The notes beneath the pieces were generated by a model. It saw only the letters and a program-made list of their open reading frames with translations. It made no database searches and had not been told where the DNA came from. From positions 21,142,001 through 21,206,000 of the forward strand of contig OZ024765.1 in the NCBI GenBank assembly GCA_964016885.1: a stretch of DNA of 64,000 nucleotides, in the 5' to 3' direction. Below, in pieces: positions 26,040 through 38,676 of this stretch (position 1 is the stretch's first letter; every line of letters starts with the position of its first letter). A program made the position numbers and the translations under genes. The stretch is from Eledone cirrhosa (lineage: Eukaryota).

Positions 26040-28510
26040 TACTAGTCACTCTAACTCTAATACGAAGGGTAATATCAAACTTAACTCGCACCAGAATAAA
26101 CACCACAATAATAATATAAACAGAAATATAAACAATACCTTAAATAACAATACAAAATACAAAAATAGAAGAACTAATACATTCTTCAATCCTCCTTTCA
26201 ATCTAAACGTCTCTGCCAACTTACCGAAGGCTTTCTTCTCAATCCTGGAAAAAAACTTCCCAGCCGGCCACAAATACCATAATCTTATCAATAAAAATAC
26301 CATTAAAATCTCTTACTCTACCACACCTAACATAGCATACCATATAGCTAGTAGTAATAAAAGGAAGATTAATAATTATTTCCAACTAATTAAATCACAA
26401 CGGGGGTAAACTTACAGGGCAACATAGTACCAGAGAATTCTAGTTGCAATAATAATAATAGTAATAGCACTAATGAAATTAATAACAATGGGAACGACAA
26501 CCATAATTACCCTAATGCTATCCCTAACAACCAGGCATCTACACAACATAGTAACCAGCAAGCAAACAACCAGAATAACTGTAACTGTAGAACAAATAGA
26601 ACTTGCCCCTTAGGTAATAACTGCTTAATCAAAGACATCATTTACTCATGCACAGTCAATACAAACAACTCTTCTATATCGGTTCTACTTCAAACTGCTT
26701 CAAGACGAGATATAACTCGCATTTCCACACTTTCAAAAATCTTAATCTCACCAACTCCACTTCTTTATCCAGCTACATACACTCTCTGATATCTAGGAAT
26801 AGACCATATACACTTCAATGGGAGATAGTAGATAGGGTCGCATCGCATAAACCACCGAATAAATTATGTAACCTCTGTCTTCTAGAGACCCGAACAATAA
26901 TCTATTCTAAGCTAGACCTCCTAAATAGAAAGTCAAAGATTTTTTCGATGTGCCAACACTACCACCGACACTCTTTCCATAGCTTTAAACCTAGATGCTG
27001 ATATATAACAATGCCAGATCTGAATTCCTCACCACCATTAACACTTCACCTCTAGGTCTTATCAGCATATAAGTACCCCCACAGCATCACACTGTATGAT
27101 CAGCTCATCACTCTACCTAACTCCTTTTTATCTCAAACTTTATACTATACAATAACTATTAGGAATAAACATAAAGCTAACACCATTTAATATAACCACT
27201 ATATCTTGCTTATTACATTATATTCAGTAATGGATAAATAATATGATGAGACACTTAATGTAGTATAGGAAAATAAATTATATATATAATTAATATAAAT
27301 TAATAGCATTATATATATGGGATTCACTTATAACATAATATAATGTATATTAATAGCACAAGAGATTTAACTATTTAGACCTGTAAACAACTATACATTC
27401 TTTCATATTTCCTATAGATTACATATACTTTATTCAGTAATGGATAGATAACAATATAATGAGACCTTTAATGTATTATAGGAAAATAGATTATATTTAA
27501 AATTAAACACAAGCAAATAACATTATATAAAAGGGATTCACTTATAACACAATATAATGTACAGCAACACAAAGAATTTAACTAATTGGAGCTGTAAACA
27601 ACTTTACATTTTTCTAAATTCATTTACAATGTAATCGCTAGTTATCTTCCCTTTCGTATTAGCTCTCCTTAATATAGAACAAACTCACTTCCGGAAATTG
27701 AACTGTTAGAAGAACCCCTCCACAACAACACGAACCCCGGATAGCAATATAGTAGAACCAGTGTACAATCCATGGCTGTGACTGATTAAAAACATTCACT
27801 AAAATAAAACATAGCCAATGTGATGGAAAAGATAGCAATAACATTGATACTTTCAACACATATACATTTGAACATTACAGTAACAACCATCACACTACAT
27901 CCACCATAAAGCTATAGTTTTAATACAAAAACAGCTTTGCCTGATATGCTTATTTTATGTGATACCTTTGCCTTGCAGAAATTATATATGCCTAATACCA
28001 TTGCTTGTTTCCTTCCTGTATATGACTATTGCATTTGCACTCTCTATACGCTTGCATATGTACTGCTAGTGTCCTCGTTTTACAAGTAACTTTCTACCTT
28101 AATGCCTCTAATTGTTATACTAATATCTGTCGCATGCATTCCACTCTGTGCCTTTTAATTATTGTACAATTCTCTTGTAATCTATGTCGCATCCATTCCA
28201 CTCTGTAAATACGTAACTGTTGACAACATTAATATCCATGTATCTATATGACTGTTCAGTTGAATAGGAGGTTAATTATATGTACAAACATTGCTAGTGC
28301 TCAGATGATTCCAAACGATAGTTTGGAAGAAACGGTTGTCAGCAATAAAATGATTTGAACATAGCTTTGATTATTGTGTAATTTATATTCCGGCTCTGTA
28401 AAACATCTCATGTATTTACATTGAGCTATTTCCCTTACTGATTATAAGGTAGTAATAAATTACTGACCTTTCCTGTTTATAGTTGTATATAGTGTATATA
28501 TAACTATAAA
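26036..28510 (+). mobile_element. 5'-truncated Penelope-like element (GIY-YIG endonuclease, Cys-rich linker) with a hammerhead-containing pLTR
   Basis: Frames encode FFNPPF...KNFP...INKNTIKISYSTTPNI, CNCRTNRTCPLGNNCL..DIIY, FYIGSTSNCFKTRYNSH and CNLCLLE...LLNRK...CQH. HHR-like motif at 28298-28344 followed by AATAAA; inserted in (TA)n. Confidence 0.85.
28298..28344 (+). ncRNA. Hammerhead ribozyme motif with a mutated core (CAGATGA)
   Basis: tgct CAGATGA ttccaaac gata gtttggaa GAAA c ggtt G TC agca. Confidence 0.7.
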
Positions 28511-28706
28511 TAATATTATTATATATATATATATACATATATACATATAATGATCTTTTGATTATAGAGTCAGGTTCGGTCAATAATAGGTCATTCTTTG
28601 AGCTGATCGATAGTGAAACATATGTAATATGTTATTAAATATGGTATAATGCAACACTGAATCCTTGCTCCTTTATTCCTATAGTGTATATATATATATA
28701 TATATT

Positions 28707-28774
<68 letters not shown>

Positions 28775-28789
28775 ATATATATATATTAT

Positions 28790-28939
<150 letters not shown>

Positions 28940-28945
28940 ATATAT

Positions 28946-29000
<55 letters not shown>

Positions 29001-29066
29001 ATATATATTATATATATATATATATTATATATATATATATATTATATATATATATATATATTATAT

Positions 29067-29143
<77 letters not shown>

Positions 29144-29368
29144 TATATATATATATATCATCATCATCATCAGGTTTAGCGTCCGTGTTCCACGCTTGCA
29201 TGGGTTTGGACGGGGGTTTTCCCACTTGAGGCAAGAGTGGTTGTCTTGCTCGCATAGGACTGTCTGGTGGGTTTTCTACAGCTGGATGCCCTTCCTAACA
29301 CCAACCACATTTACAGTGTGGGGCTGGGAGGTTTTTACCGTGTTGCCTACACGGCCACATTACAGCGT

Positions 29369-29417
<49 letters not shown>

Positions 29418-29606
29418 ATATATTATATATATATATATTATATATATATATATATATATAATGGTTAAAATACTGGAGCGTGTTGGAGTTAAACACCCTC
29501 TTCGTATTATAGAAATGACAGTAAAAGGTATAGCTCAATGTAGTTAAACAGAGCCGAAAAATTAAGAAAGTAAAACAAAGAAGCCTTCAATACATCAAAA
29601 GTCTTT

Positions 29607-29651
29607 ATTAGCCGACAATGTTTCGTCCTATTAAGGACTCATCAGGGCAAT
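29607..29651 (-). ncRNA. Type I hammerhead ribozyme (canonical core)
   Basis: gcc CTGATGA gtcc ttaata ggac GAAA c att G TC ggc, then AATAAA. Confidence 0.88.
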
Positions 29652-31721
29652 TAAAACAACAAGAAGTATTATCGGCAGATACAAGCCGGAAGCTCCGAAG
29701 AATATGGAGTGTACATACACTAAAGTATTGCAAGATTATAGGTAAAAATATATAATAAAAATAATAAAAATATATAATAAAAATTACTAAGGATGTATAT
29801 AACATTAAGAACCATATTACAAATATAGTCCAAAGCAAAAAAACCTAGAGCTAAACAAAGGTGGTTATATAGAGCAGGAATTATATATAATACAATGTAA
29901 TATAATATAATATACCTTTACCAATATTAAAATTACAATAAAAATCAAAAGGTACAATATGCATATGTATATATGTACGCACACGTACACACACATACAC
30001 ATACAACAATACACATATCCATCTTCAACTGCACAAATTAAACCTTATTAAGAGTTTGAATATAAAAATAAGCATGATAGGAATGAAAATAATAATAATA
30101 ATAATACTAATACATCTACCCAATATACATGAGGTAATAATATGATATAATTATAAGTAGCACATATAATAAATAATAAACAATACAATTATATACTATA
30201 TAATATAATATAATAGAATAGATAATCTCCGGTTAATTTACACAAACAATATAGATGTCACAATAATACTATAATAATAATATACTAACATTTATAATAT
30301 ACAATATACTAACATTTATAATATACAATATATAATGGTACTCAAGTTAACAAATCAATTCATATTGGGTTACAGAGTAGGTGAGGAAAAATAAATTGTA
30401 CAATACCCAAAAATTATGATGGTACAAAAAATACAAACATCTTACATGATATATAAAGTTTAACATATCATAATGTTACATATAATTGACGGTAAGTAAT
30501 AAGGATCAATATTATAATAAAAAATACGGGTCCAAAATGTGTCCTCAAATTTAATAATAGTTTTACGGGCTGCTAGTATAATATCTACTAGTTTTTACTT
30601 AACTGCATGTGAGACCTAAATGTATATGTTTGTTTTTGTTTTTTAATTTCCGGTTGATTCTATTTATTTATTTTATTCTATATTTTATATTTTATATTTT
30701 ATTTGTAATACTACTGTGCATTATATTTACTGTCTGGCACTTACTCACTCATCCACATGCATATCTGTTCACCAACCTTGTAATTATAAGTAATTATATA
30801 TTATATTATGTTAATTATTTTATATAATATATTATATTATATTGTATTTTTTATTGTAATATTGATCCTTATTACTTACCGTCAATTATATGTAACATTA
30901 TGATATGTTAAACTTTATATATCATGTAAGATGTTTATATTTTTTGTACCATCATAATTTTTGGGTATTGTACAATTTATTTTTCCTCACCTACTCTGTA
31001 ACCCAATATGAATTGATTTGTTAACTTGAGTACCATTATATATTGTATATTATAAATGTTAGTATATTGTATATTATAAATGTTAGTATATTATTATTAT
31101 AGTATTATTGTGACATCTATATATTGTTTGTGTAAATTAACCGGAGATTATCTATTCTATTATATTATATTATATAGTATATAATTGTATTGTTTATTAT
31201 TTATTATATGTGCTACTTATAATTATATCATATTATTACCTCATGTATATTGGGTAGATGTATTAGTATTATTATTATTATTATTTTCATTCCTATCATG
31301 CTTATTTTTATATTCAAACTCTTAATAAGGTTTAATTTGTGCAGTTGAAGATGGATATGTGTATTGTTGTATGTGTATGTGTGTGTACGTGTGCGTACAT
31401 ATATACATATGCATATTGTACCTTTTGATTTTTATTGTAATTTTAATATTGGTAAAGGTATATTATATTATATTACATTGTATTATATATAATTCCTGCT
31501 CTATATAACCACCTTTGTTTAGCTCTAGGTTTTTTTGCTTTGGACTATATTTGTAATATGGTTCTTAATGTTATATACATCCTTAGTAATTTTTATTATA
31601 TATTTTTATTATTTTTATTATATATTTTTACCTATAATCTTGCAATACTTTAGTGTATGTACACTCCATATTCTTCGGAGCTTCCGGCTTGTATCTGCCG
31701 ATAATACTTCTTGTTGTTTTA

Positions 31722-31766
31722 ATTGCCCTGATGAGTCCTTAATAGGATGAAACATTGTCGGCTAAT
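31722..31766 (+). ncRNA. Type I hammerhead ribozyme (mirror copy, stem II G-U variant)
   Basis: gcc CTGATGA gtcc ttaata ggat GAAA c att G TC ggc. Confidence 0.82.
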
Positions 31767-31832
31767 AAAGACTTTTGATGTATTGAAGGCTTCTTTGTTT
31801 TACTTTCTTAATATATATATATATATATATTT

Positions 31833-31987
<155 letters not shown>

Positions 31988-32002
31988 TATATATATATAT
32001 AT

Positions 32003-32126
<124 letters not shown>

Positions 32127-32237
32127 ATATTATATATATTATATATATATATATTATATATATTATATATATATATATAAACACATACACAACACAACAC
32201 ACTGTAAATTGTAAAGAAGAAAATCAATTGTTGTTAC

Positions 32238-32455
32238 CTGGACACCACATTGAGGTTCTTGAAAGGCTGGTCCTTCATTTAAGGAGACCCAGATTTTATA
32301 AGGGTTCAGCTTAGTCCCGTTCCCTACCACTGTGCCAGCTTGTTTCCCACAGATGGGTCTCCAGTTGGCTCCAAACACATCATAGTAAGGGGTTCCTTCA
32401 TCATCGTAGGTAGTCAGTCCTATTATCTTGTTAATGTCATCACACTGTTTGATAA
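32238..32455 (-). CDS. ZP-domain protein exon 4 (first half of ZP-N #1)
   Basis: ctctccccag/...GTCCAG/gtaaca; (F)IKQCDDINKIIGLTTYDDEGTPYYDVFGANWRPICGKQAGTVVGNGTKLNPYKIWVSLNEGPAFQEPQCGVQ; 218 nt. Confidence 0.85.
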
Positions 32456-32670
32456 CTGGGGAGAGAGATACATAGATATATATAGCTATATATATTATAT
32501 ATATATATAATTGGTGTTGGATGCTTAAAGCGTCCGTATGCGGTAGGCCGTATAAGCACTCAATGCCCTCGTAGAGCAGAGTATGATATCACAGAAAAAA
32601 GATATATATAGACTGCCAAGACTGGAATTGAACCATCAGCACAGTTGAGGTATGTCATACATCAATTTAT

Positions 32671-32738
32671 ATATTTTATCTGATGAGGACGTACTGAAAA
32701 AACACCACAGTACCTCTGAAATATATATAATAAAATAT
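32671..32738 (+). ncRNA. Type I hammerhead ribozyme motif
   Basis: atattttat CTGATGA ggac gtactg..cagtac ctct GAAA tatata TA ataaaatat; 9-bp stem I. Confidence 0.7.
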
Positions 32739-32778
32739 ATTTTGATTACGTGAATGTCTATATTTATTAATATTTTGA

Positions 32779-32819
<41 letters not shown>

Positions 32820-32859
32820 AAATAATAAAAGAATCAAATCTTAGTTTAATACATTTATT

Positions 32860-32906
32860 TGCTGACAATTGTTTCTTCCAGAGGGCAGTCTGGAATCATC
32901 AGAGCA
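32860..32906 (-). ncRNA. Type I hammerhead ribozyme (canonical core)
   Basis: tgct CTGATGA ttccaga ctgccc tctggaa GAAA c aatt G TC agca, then AATAAA; palindromic stem III. Confidence 0.88.
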
Positions 32907-33202
32907 TAGGGAATGTCTAAACAGGTGATTAAAATCCTAGTCTTCAGAACATTTAGGTAGATACATAACTGTTGTTAGTGTCCTAGACATCATGTAGAGA
33001 ATCAGGAGTTAAAAGAATGTTATGCATGGAGAACCGTAGAAATAATTATTATGATTAAACGATATATGTAACCTCAGCAGCTTATTTTATTATTTTTATA
33101 AAATTCTCTATCGTAACTAAAGCAACGATTGTTGAGAGCTTTCTCCTGCTTACTCCTGTTTTTACCAAAACAATCTTTTCCGAACATATATATATATATA
33201 TA

Positions 33203-33793
33203 TATTGGTAAACGGAAAAGAAAATGCTGACAAATTGTTCACAGTGAAAAATAGTTTAATTAGGAATATGTGAGAATTAGTAATAGTATTGGTTAGTATT
33301 CAGTTTTTGGTTTTACCAGTTGCACATTTCTAATGCTTTTCAAAAATAATTTTGAGATAGAGCGTCCGTGATGTTTGCTCTAATCTGATTAGAGCAAACA
33401 TCACGGACGCTCTATCTCAAAATTATTTTTGAAAAGCATTAGAAATGTGCAACCGGTAAAACTTAAAACCAAAAACTGAATACTAACCAATACTATTACT
33501 AATTCTCACATATTCCTAATTAAACTATTTTTCACTGTGAACAATTTGTCCGTGATGTTTGCTCTAATCTGATTAGAGCAAACATCACGGACGCTCTATC
33601 TCAAAATTATTTTTGAAAAGCATTAGAAATGTACAACCGGTAAAACTTAAAACCAAAAACTGAATACTAACCAATACTATTACTAATTCTCACTTATTCC
33701 TAATTAAACTATTTTTCACTGTGAACAATTTGTCAGCATTTTCTTTTCCATTTACCAATATATCATAACTTGTGTGTTACACCTCTATTCTTT

Positions 33794-33797
<4 letters not shown>
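33203..33797 (+). mobile_element. Double fold-back element (hairpin centres near 33386 and 33570) with tail; deleted relative at 41758-42005
   Basis: gtccgtgatgtttgctctaatc t gattagagcaaacatcacggac occurs twice; the right arm is duplicated. Confidence 0.8.
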
Positions 33798-33825
<28 letters not shown>

Positions 33826-33830
<5 letters not shown>

Positions 33831-34766
33831 CACAAGAATCAAAGCTATGTTCAAAGCATTTATTCACTTACAATTGTTTCATCCAAACCTAGGCTTGGAG
33901 TCTTCAGAGCATTTTTCAATGTTTGTACATATAATTGACCTCCTTTCCAACGCAAGATACATACAGATACATATATATATATATATATTGATGTACAGTG
34001 GAGTGACATATATTATACTATACTATCTTTGTACAGCAATTCAAATTCAAAATCAAAATCAAAATTAAAATTAAAATACATTCGGCAGATAACACAGATA
34101 AGGCAAGAGGATAGTTTGATAGTTAGATCTAGTAGGTAGTGTATGCGTTAGTTACACATGGAGCATGCAAGTGTGTCTCATTTATATACGATTATTGTGT
34201 GGCAAGGTGTTACATGTAATGCAAGCACTTTAAGCGGGTAAGCAAGAGTATTATGGTGGTTGTAGTGGTAGGGTATTTTTTGTATAGATCAAAAAAGAAA
34301 GTTATAGTTTTCGCATCTACCACCATTTTCACATTCAGAAAAAGGAAGATAGAGTTTTTACATCCATCACATAAGTTACGATGATTCTGTATTGAATGTT
34401 TGATGCATTAAATTATTGTAGCGTATTGAGGCTCATTGTTATTTAATCCATATTGATAGAATAGGTTCTTTCTGCTGCGAGAATTTACAGTGCGTTGAGA
34501 ATTTACTTGCGTTGGATAGGAGCTCAATTATGTGTACAAACATTGAAAAATGCTCCGAAGACTCCAAGCCTAGGTTTGGATGAAACAATTGTAAGTGAAT
34601 AAATGCTTTGAACATAGCTTTGATTCTTGTGAATTCTATATCACTGCTCTGTAGAACAACTGATGTTATTATATTGAGCTATTTATCTTACTGGTAATAA
34701 GGTAGTAATAAATTACTGACCTTCACTGTTTAGGGTTTAAAATATACATAACTATAAATAGTATCC

Positions 34767-34770
<4 letters not shown>
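33826..34770 (+). mobile_element. PLE remnant: inverted partial pLTR + 3' body + direct pLTR, same family as 28250-28510
   Basis: 33826-33940 mirrors 34520-34635. HHR motifs at 33865-33911(-) (CTGAAGA..GAAAC AATT GTA) and 34551-34597(+) (CCGAAGA variant). Tail shared with 28350-28510. Confidence 0.8.
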
Positions 34771-34808
<38 letters not shown>

Positions 34809-34813
<5 letters not shown>

Positions 34814-35609
34814 GATAAGCAAAACAAGTAAAATTCAATCAATTTTTCAAAATACATTAAAAAATATAATATAAATATTTACCTCTTCTAGTGGCCCTTA
34901 CTGATCAGTTTCGCTTTGTAAAACCTCATAAATCCGATGGATTTATGATGGAAAACCAAAGCTCATCATAATGTATTTTGAAAAATTGATTGAATTTTAC
35001 TTGTTCTGCTTATCTTAATATTAAAGTTCTGGTGTATCAAATTAACACCATTGAACAACCTTGAATCATAGACAACCTATGTATTTCTAGGGGTACCTAG
35101 TATCCCTGGACATATTAACTTCTACCTTTTTCTCCGTCCGTTGAGAACAAATCTGTTGCTTTACTTGGCTGCTATTTTTTTAGTAGTAATTGTAGACAGC
35201 AAGTCTTTGATTTTCCCGCTTTTACTTCGGTCCAGTTTACATACGGGTCACTTTTACGACCTTTCAGACCTTTATTAGCTGGCAGGAGGTTGTATATTTT
35301 GTCGTTCCTGGGACGTTTAGCCCTAGGAAGGGAAAATGCTTCTCTGATGAGCTTTGGTTTTCCATCATAAATCCATCAGATTTATGAGGTTTTACAAAGC
35401 GAAACTGATCAGTAAGGGCCACTAGAAGAGGTAAATATTTATATTATATTTTTTAATGTATTTTGAAAAATTGATTGAATTTTACTTGTTCTGCTTATCT
35501 TAATATTAAAGTTCTGGTGTATCAAATTAACACCATTGAACAACCTTGAATCATAGACAACCTATGTATTTCTAGGGGTACCTAGTATCCCTGGACATAT
35601 TAACTTCTA

Positions 35610-35612
<3 letters not shown>
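34809..35612 (+). mobile_element. PLE-type element with inverted plus partially tandem pLTRs
   Basis: 34809-34968 mirrors 35345-35503; 34970-35126 repeats directly at 35455-35612. Confidence 0.8.
35338..35419 (+). ncRNA. Hammerhead ribozyme motif with extended stem II
   Basis: ttct CTGATGA gctttg...caaagc GAAA ctgatcaG TA aggg; palindromic stem III actgatcagt. Confidence 0.75.
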
Positions 35613-35659
<47 letters not shown>

Positions 35660-35672
35660 AAGGGAGAGAGAG

Positions 35673-35700
<28 letters not shown>

Positions 35701-35706
<6 letters not shown>

Positions 35707-35985
35707 GTGGTTACACAACAGTTAGTTCACCATACCGAGAACAATTGTTTCACCTTAGCAGATCCTCAGATCGTAATGAACATGGTTATAGGAACAGGAG
35801 GGACAACCGTACGGTTGTCCTTCCTGTTCCATATAACCATGTTCATTACGAGCTGAGGATCCGCAAAGGTGAAACAATTGTTCTCGGTATGGTGAACTAA
35901 CTGTTGTGTAACCACTTCTACCTAACTCGTCCCATGGACTGAGTGCTCTACCACTACGGATATTACCTTCCAGTGTTCCACCCCT
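35701..35985 (+). mobile_element. Fold-back element with hammerhead motif at 35849-35886
   Basis: Palindrome centred near 35810; cgag CTGAGGA tcc gcaaa ggt GAAA c aatt G TT ctcg; ~65-bp tail. Confidence 0.78.
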
Positions 35986-36106
35986 ATATATATATATATA
36001 TATAATGTATAAAAATCAATGATTTTTATACATTAAATTTTGCTCTGGTACTTACATAGAGCACTCTTCACTCCTATGATTTTTTCTATTTTCAACAGAA
36101 ACTTCA

Positions 36107-36138
<32 letters not shown>

Positions 36139-36139
36139 T

Positions 36140-36370
36140 TCGTTTCTGAATTTGTTTAGCAAGATTCTTTATCTGAAAACGTGTGTAGAAACCGATATTC
36201 TTGTACTTTGGGAGGGTCATGTTGCCAATAAGAAACACACGCACCAGTTGCTTTCACTCCAATTTATTATAAATTAAATTTATAAAATAAATGTATAATA
36301 AATTGGAGTGAAAGCAACTGGTGCGTGTGTTTCTTATTGGCAACATGACCCTCCCAAAGTACAACAATAT
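36140..36370 (-). mobile_element. Fold-back element (~75-bp arms, tail at left) in (TA)n
   Basis: 36196-36270 mirrors 36295-36370. Confidence 0.65.
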
Positions 36371-36512
36371 ATATATATATGATGTAATTATCATTACATA
36401 CAATAATGAGCTGATTCGTTACATATAAGATAGAGTGTTAGACTACATCATAGAACAGCTGAGCTGTATCCATCCATGGGTTAGAGAAAAATAAAACCTG
36501 GTGTTTACTTAC

Positions 36513-36534
36513 AGTGGAGTCGGCTGTCTGTTAC
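36513..36534 (-). CDS. ZP-domain protein exon 3 (22-nt microexon)
   Basis: ctcctctcttccag/GTAACAGACAGCCGACTCCACT/gtaagt; VTDSRLH(F). It supplies the phase 0 to phase 1 change needed to join exons 2 and 4. Confidence 0.78.
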
Positions 36535-36994
36535 CTGGAAGAGAGGAGAGGAGAGTTGAGGTGATGAGAGGTGAAAGGTGGGTTGAGGTGGGGTGGAGTG
36601 GGGTGGGGTACGGAGAAAGACATTTACTGATAACATCAACACAACCATCACCACCACCACCACCACTACCACTACCACGCCCCCATCACCACCATTACAC
36701 CACCACCACCTCACCATCATACCACCACCACCACCACCATGCCACCATCACCACCAATACACCACCACCACCATGCCACCATCACCACCAATACACCACC
36801 ACCACCACCACCACCACCACCATCATCATCACCATCACACCACCACCACCACCACGCCATCACCACCACCACCACGCCACCATCACCACGAATACGCCAC
36901 CACCACCATCACCACCACCACTACACCACCACCACCACAACAGCCATCACCACCACTACACCACCACCACTACAACCAACAACTAGACACTAAC

Positions 36995-37082
36995 CTGTAT
37001 GTAAAACAGCATGAACACCACCACAACGACACAGGACTTGGTCTTTCTGTTAGATTGGTTGTTGCCATAGAAACTGGACATT
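36995..37082 (-). CDS. ZP-domain protein exon 2 (signal peptide; ATG at 37081)
   Basis: ctctattctacag/A ATG TCC...ATA CAG/gttagt; MSSFYGNNQSNRKTKSCVVVVVFMLFYIQ has a basic n-region and hydrophobic h-region. Confidence 0.78.
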
Positions 37083-37507
37083 CTGTAGAATAGAGAAAAA
37101 TAGAGGGGGGGGTGGTCATGTGTTAGCTTTATATTTAACCCACCACCACCTTCACCATCACCACCACCACCACCACCACCACCACCAGAACCAGCACCAC
37201 CACCACCACCACCAACACCACCAGCACCACCACCACCACCACCACCAGCACCACCATCACCACCACCACCACCACCAATACCACCAGCACCACCACCACC
37301 ACCACCATCACCACCATCACTACCAAGTCATGATCTCAGTAATTAAATAATTAATAATTTTAGTAAATCCCTTAAAATTCTTCATTAATTAATTAAAATA
37401 CTTTCTTAACCCTTTAAACTGGCCACAATTCTGTTAACTCTTTCCAATCAAACCGGCTGTAACCGGCCACTCATACTAATGTTAAGGTATTGTTCTCAAA
37501 ATAAATA

Positions 37508-37687
37508 ATTGTTTCTACTTTTGGCACAAGGCCAGCAAATTACCCAGTGTATTACTGGTACTTTATTTCATCGACTGAAAGGTAAAGTTAACCTCGGCAG
37601 GATTTGAACTCAGTCCGTAAAGGGACGTAACTCTAGGCTGGAAAGCATGGCGTCCAACCCTCTGCCGATACTGCCAAACCACCGCCC
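37508..37687 (-). mobile_element. SINE family A copy
   Basis: Matches 4245-4431. Confidence 0.8.
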
Positions 37688-37858
37688 ATTTATATAATAA
37701 AAAACTATTGTGTACAGTGCTCAGGTGCACTACAACTCATCAAAGGTGCATATATAGTACATAGAATAATATACAAGTAAATAAAGCATAGATAAAGCCT
37801 TTACCATGAAAATATAATATATGTAGAGTAATGTAAATAGTAAAGGGTTACTATCTGA

Positions 37859-38676
37859 GGGTGGTGGATTGGCAGTATCGGTAGAGGGTCAGACGCGATG
37901 CTAGGGTGGTGGATTGGCAGTATTGGTAGAGGGTCAGACGCCATGCTAGGGCGGTGGATTGGCAGTATCGGTAGAGGGTCAGACGCGATGCTAGGGTGGT
38001 GGATTGGCAGTATCGGTAGAGGGTCAGACGCCATGCTAGGGCGGTGGATTGGCAGTATCGGTAGAGGGTCAGACGCCATGCTAGGGCGGTGGATTGGCAG
38101 TATCTGTAGAGGGTCAGACGCCATGCTAGGGCGGTGGATTGGCAGTATCGGTAGAGGGTCGGACGCCATGCTAGGGCGGTGGATTGGCAGTATCGGTAGA
38201 GGGTCGGACGCCATGCTAGGGCGGTGGATTGGCAGTATCGGTAGAGGGTCAGACGCCATGCTAGGGTGGTGGATTGGCAGTATCGGTAGAGGGTCAGACG
38301 CCATGCTAGGGTGGTGGATTGGCAGTATCGGTAGAGGGTCAGACGCCATGCTAGGGTGGTGGATTGGCAGTATCGGTAGAGGGTCAGACGCCATGCTAGG
38401 GTGGTGGATTGGCAGTATCGGTAGAGGGTCAGACACCATGCTAGGGTGGTGGATTGGCAGTATCAGTAGAGGGTCAGACGCCATGCTAGAGTGGTGGATT
38501 GGCAGTATCGGTAGAGGGTCGGACGCCATGCTTTGACATATGGTGTTACGGCCCTTGCCATTCAGAGTTCAAATCTCGCCGAGGTTAACTTTGCCTTTCA
38601 TCCTTACGGGGTCAATAAAATAAAGTACCAGTAATGCACTGGGTTATTGCTGGCCTTGTGCCAATAGTAGAAACGA
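37859..38676 (+). mobile_element. SINE family A with its 45-bp 5' head tandemly amplified ~15 times
   Basis: Unit gggtggtggattggcagtatcggtagagggtcagacgccatgcta; the last unit continues into the B-box GAGTTCAAATC and the SINE body. Confidence 0.88.

Larger units (their letters stand above)
29461..31812 (-). mobile_element. Large fold-back PLE-derived element: ~967-bp inverted arms, 316-bp spacer, ~100-bp tail
   Basis: 29561-30527 is the near-perfect reverse complement of 30844-31812; mirrored ORFs 29608-29838(-) and 31535-31750(+) confirm this; flanked by (TA)n. Confidence 0.9.

Noticed and set aside
26575-27001. Selenocysteine (UGA) recoding as reported for some Naiad PLEs
   Set aside because: The conserved Cys positions here are TGT/TGC; no in-frame TGA at those sites.
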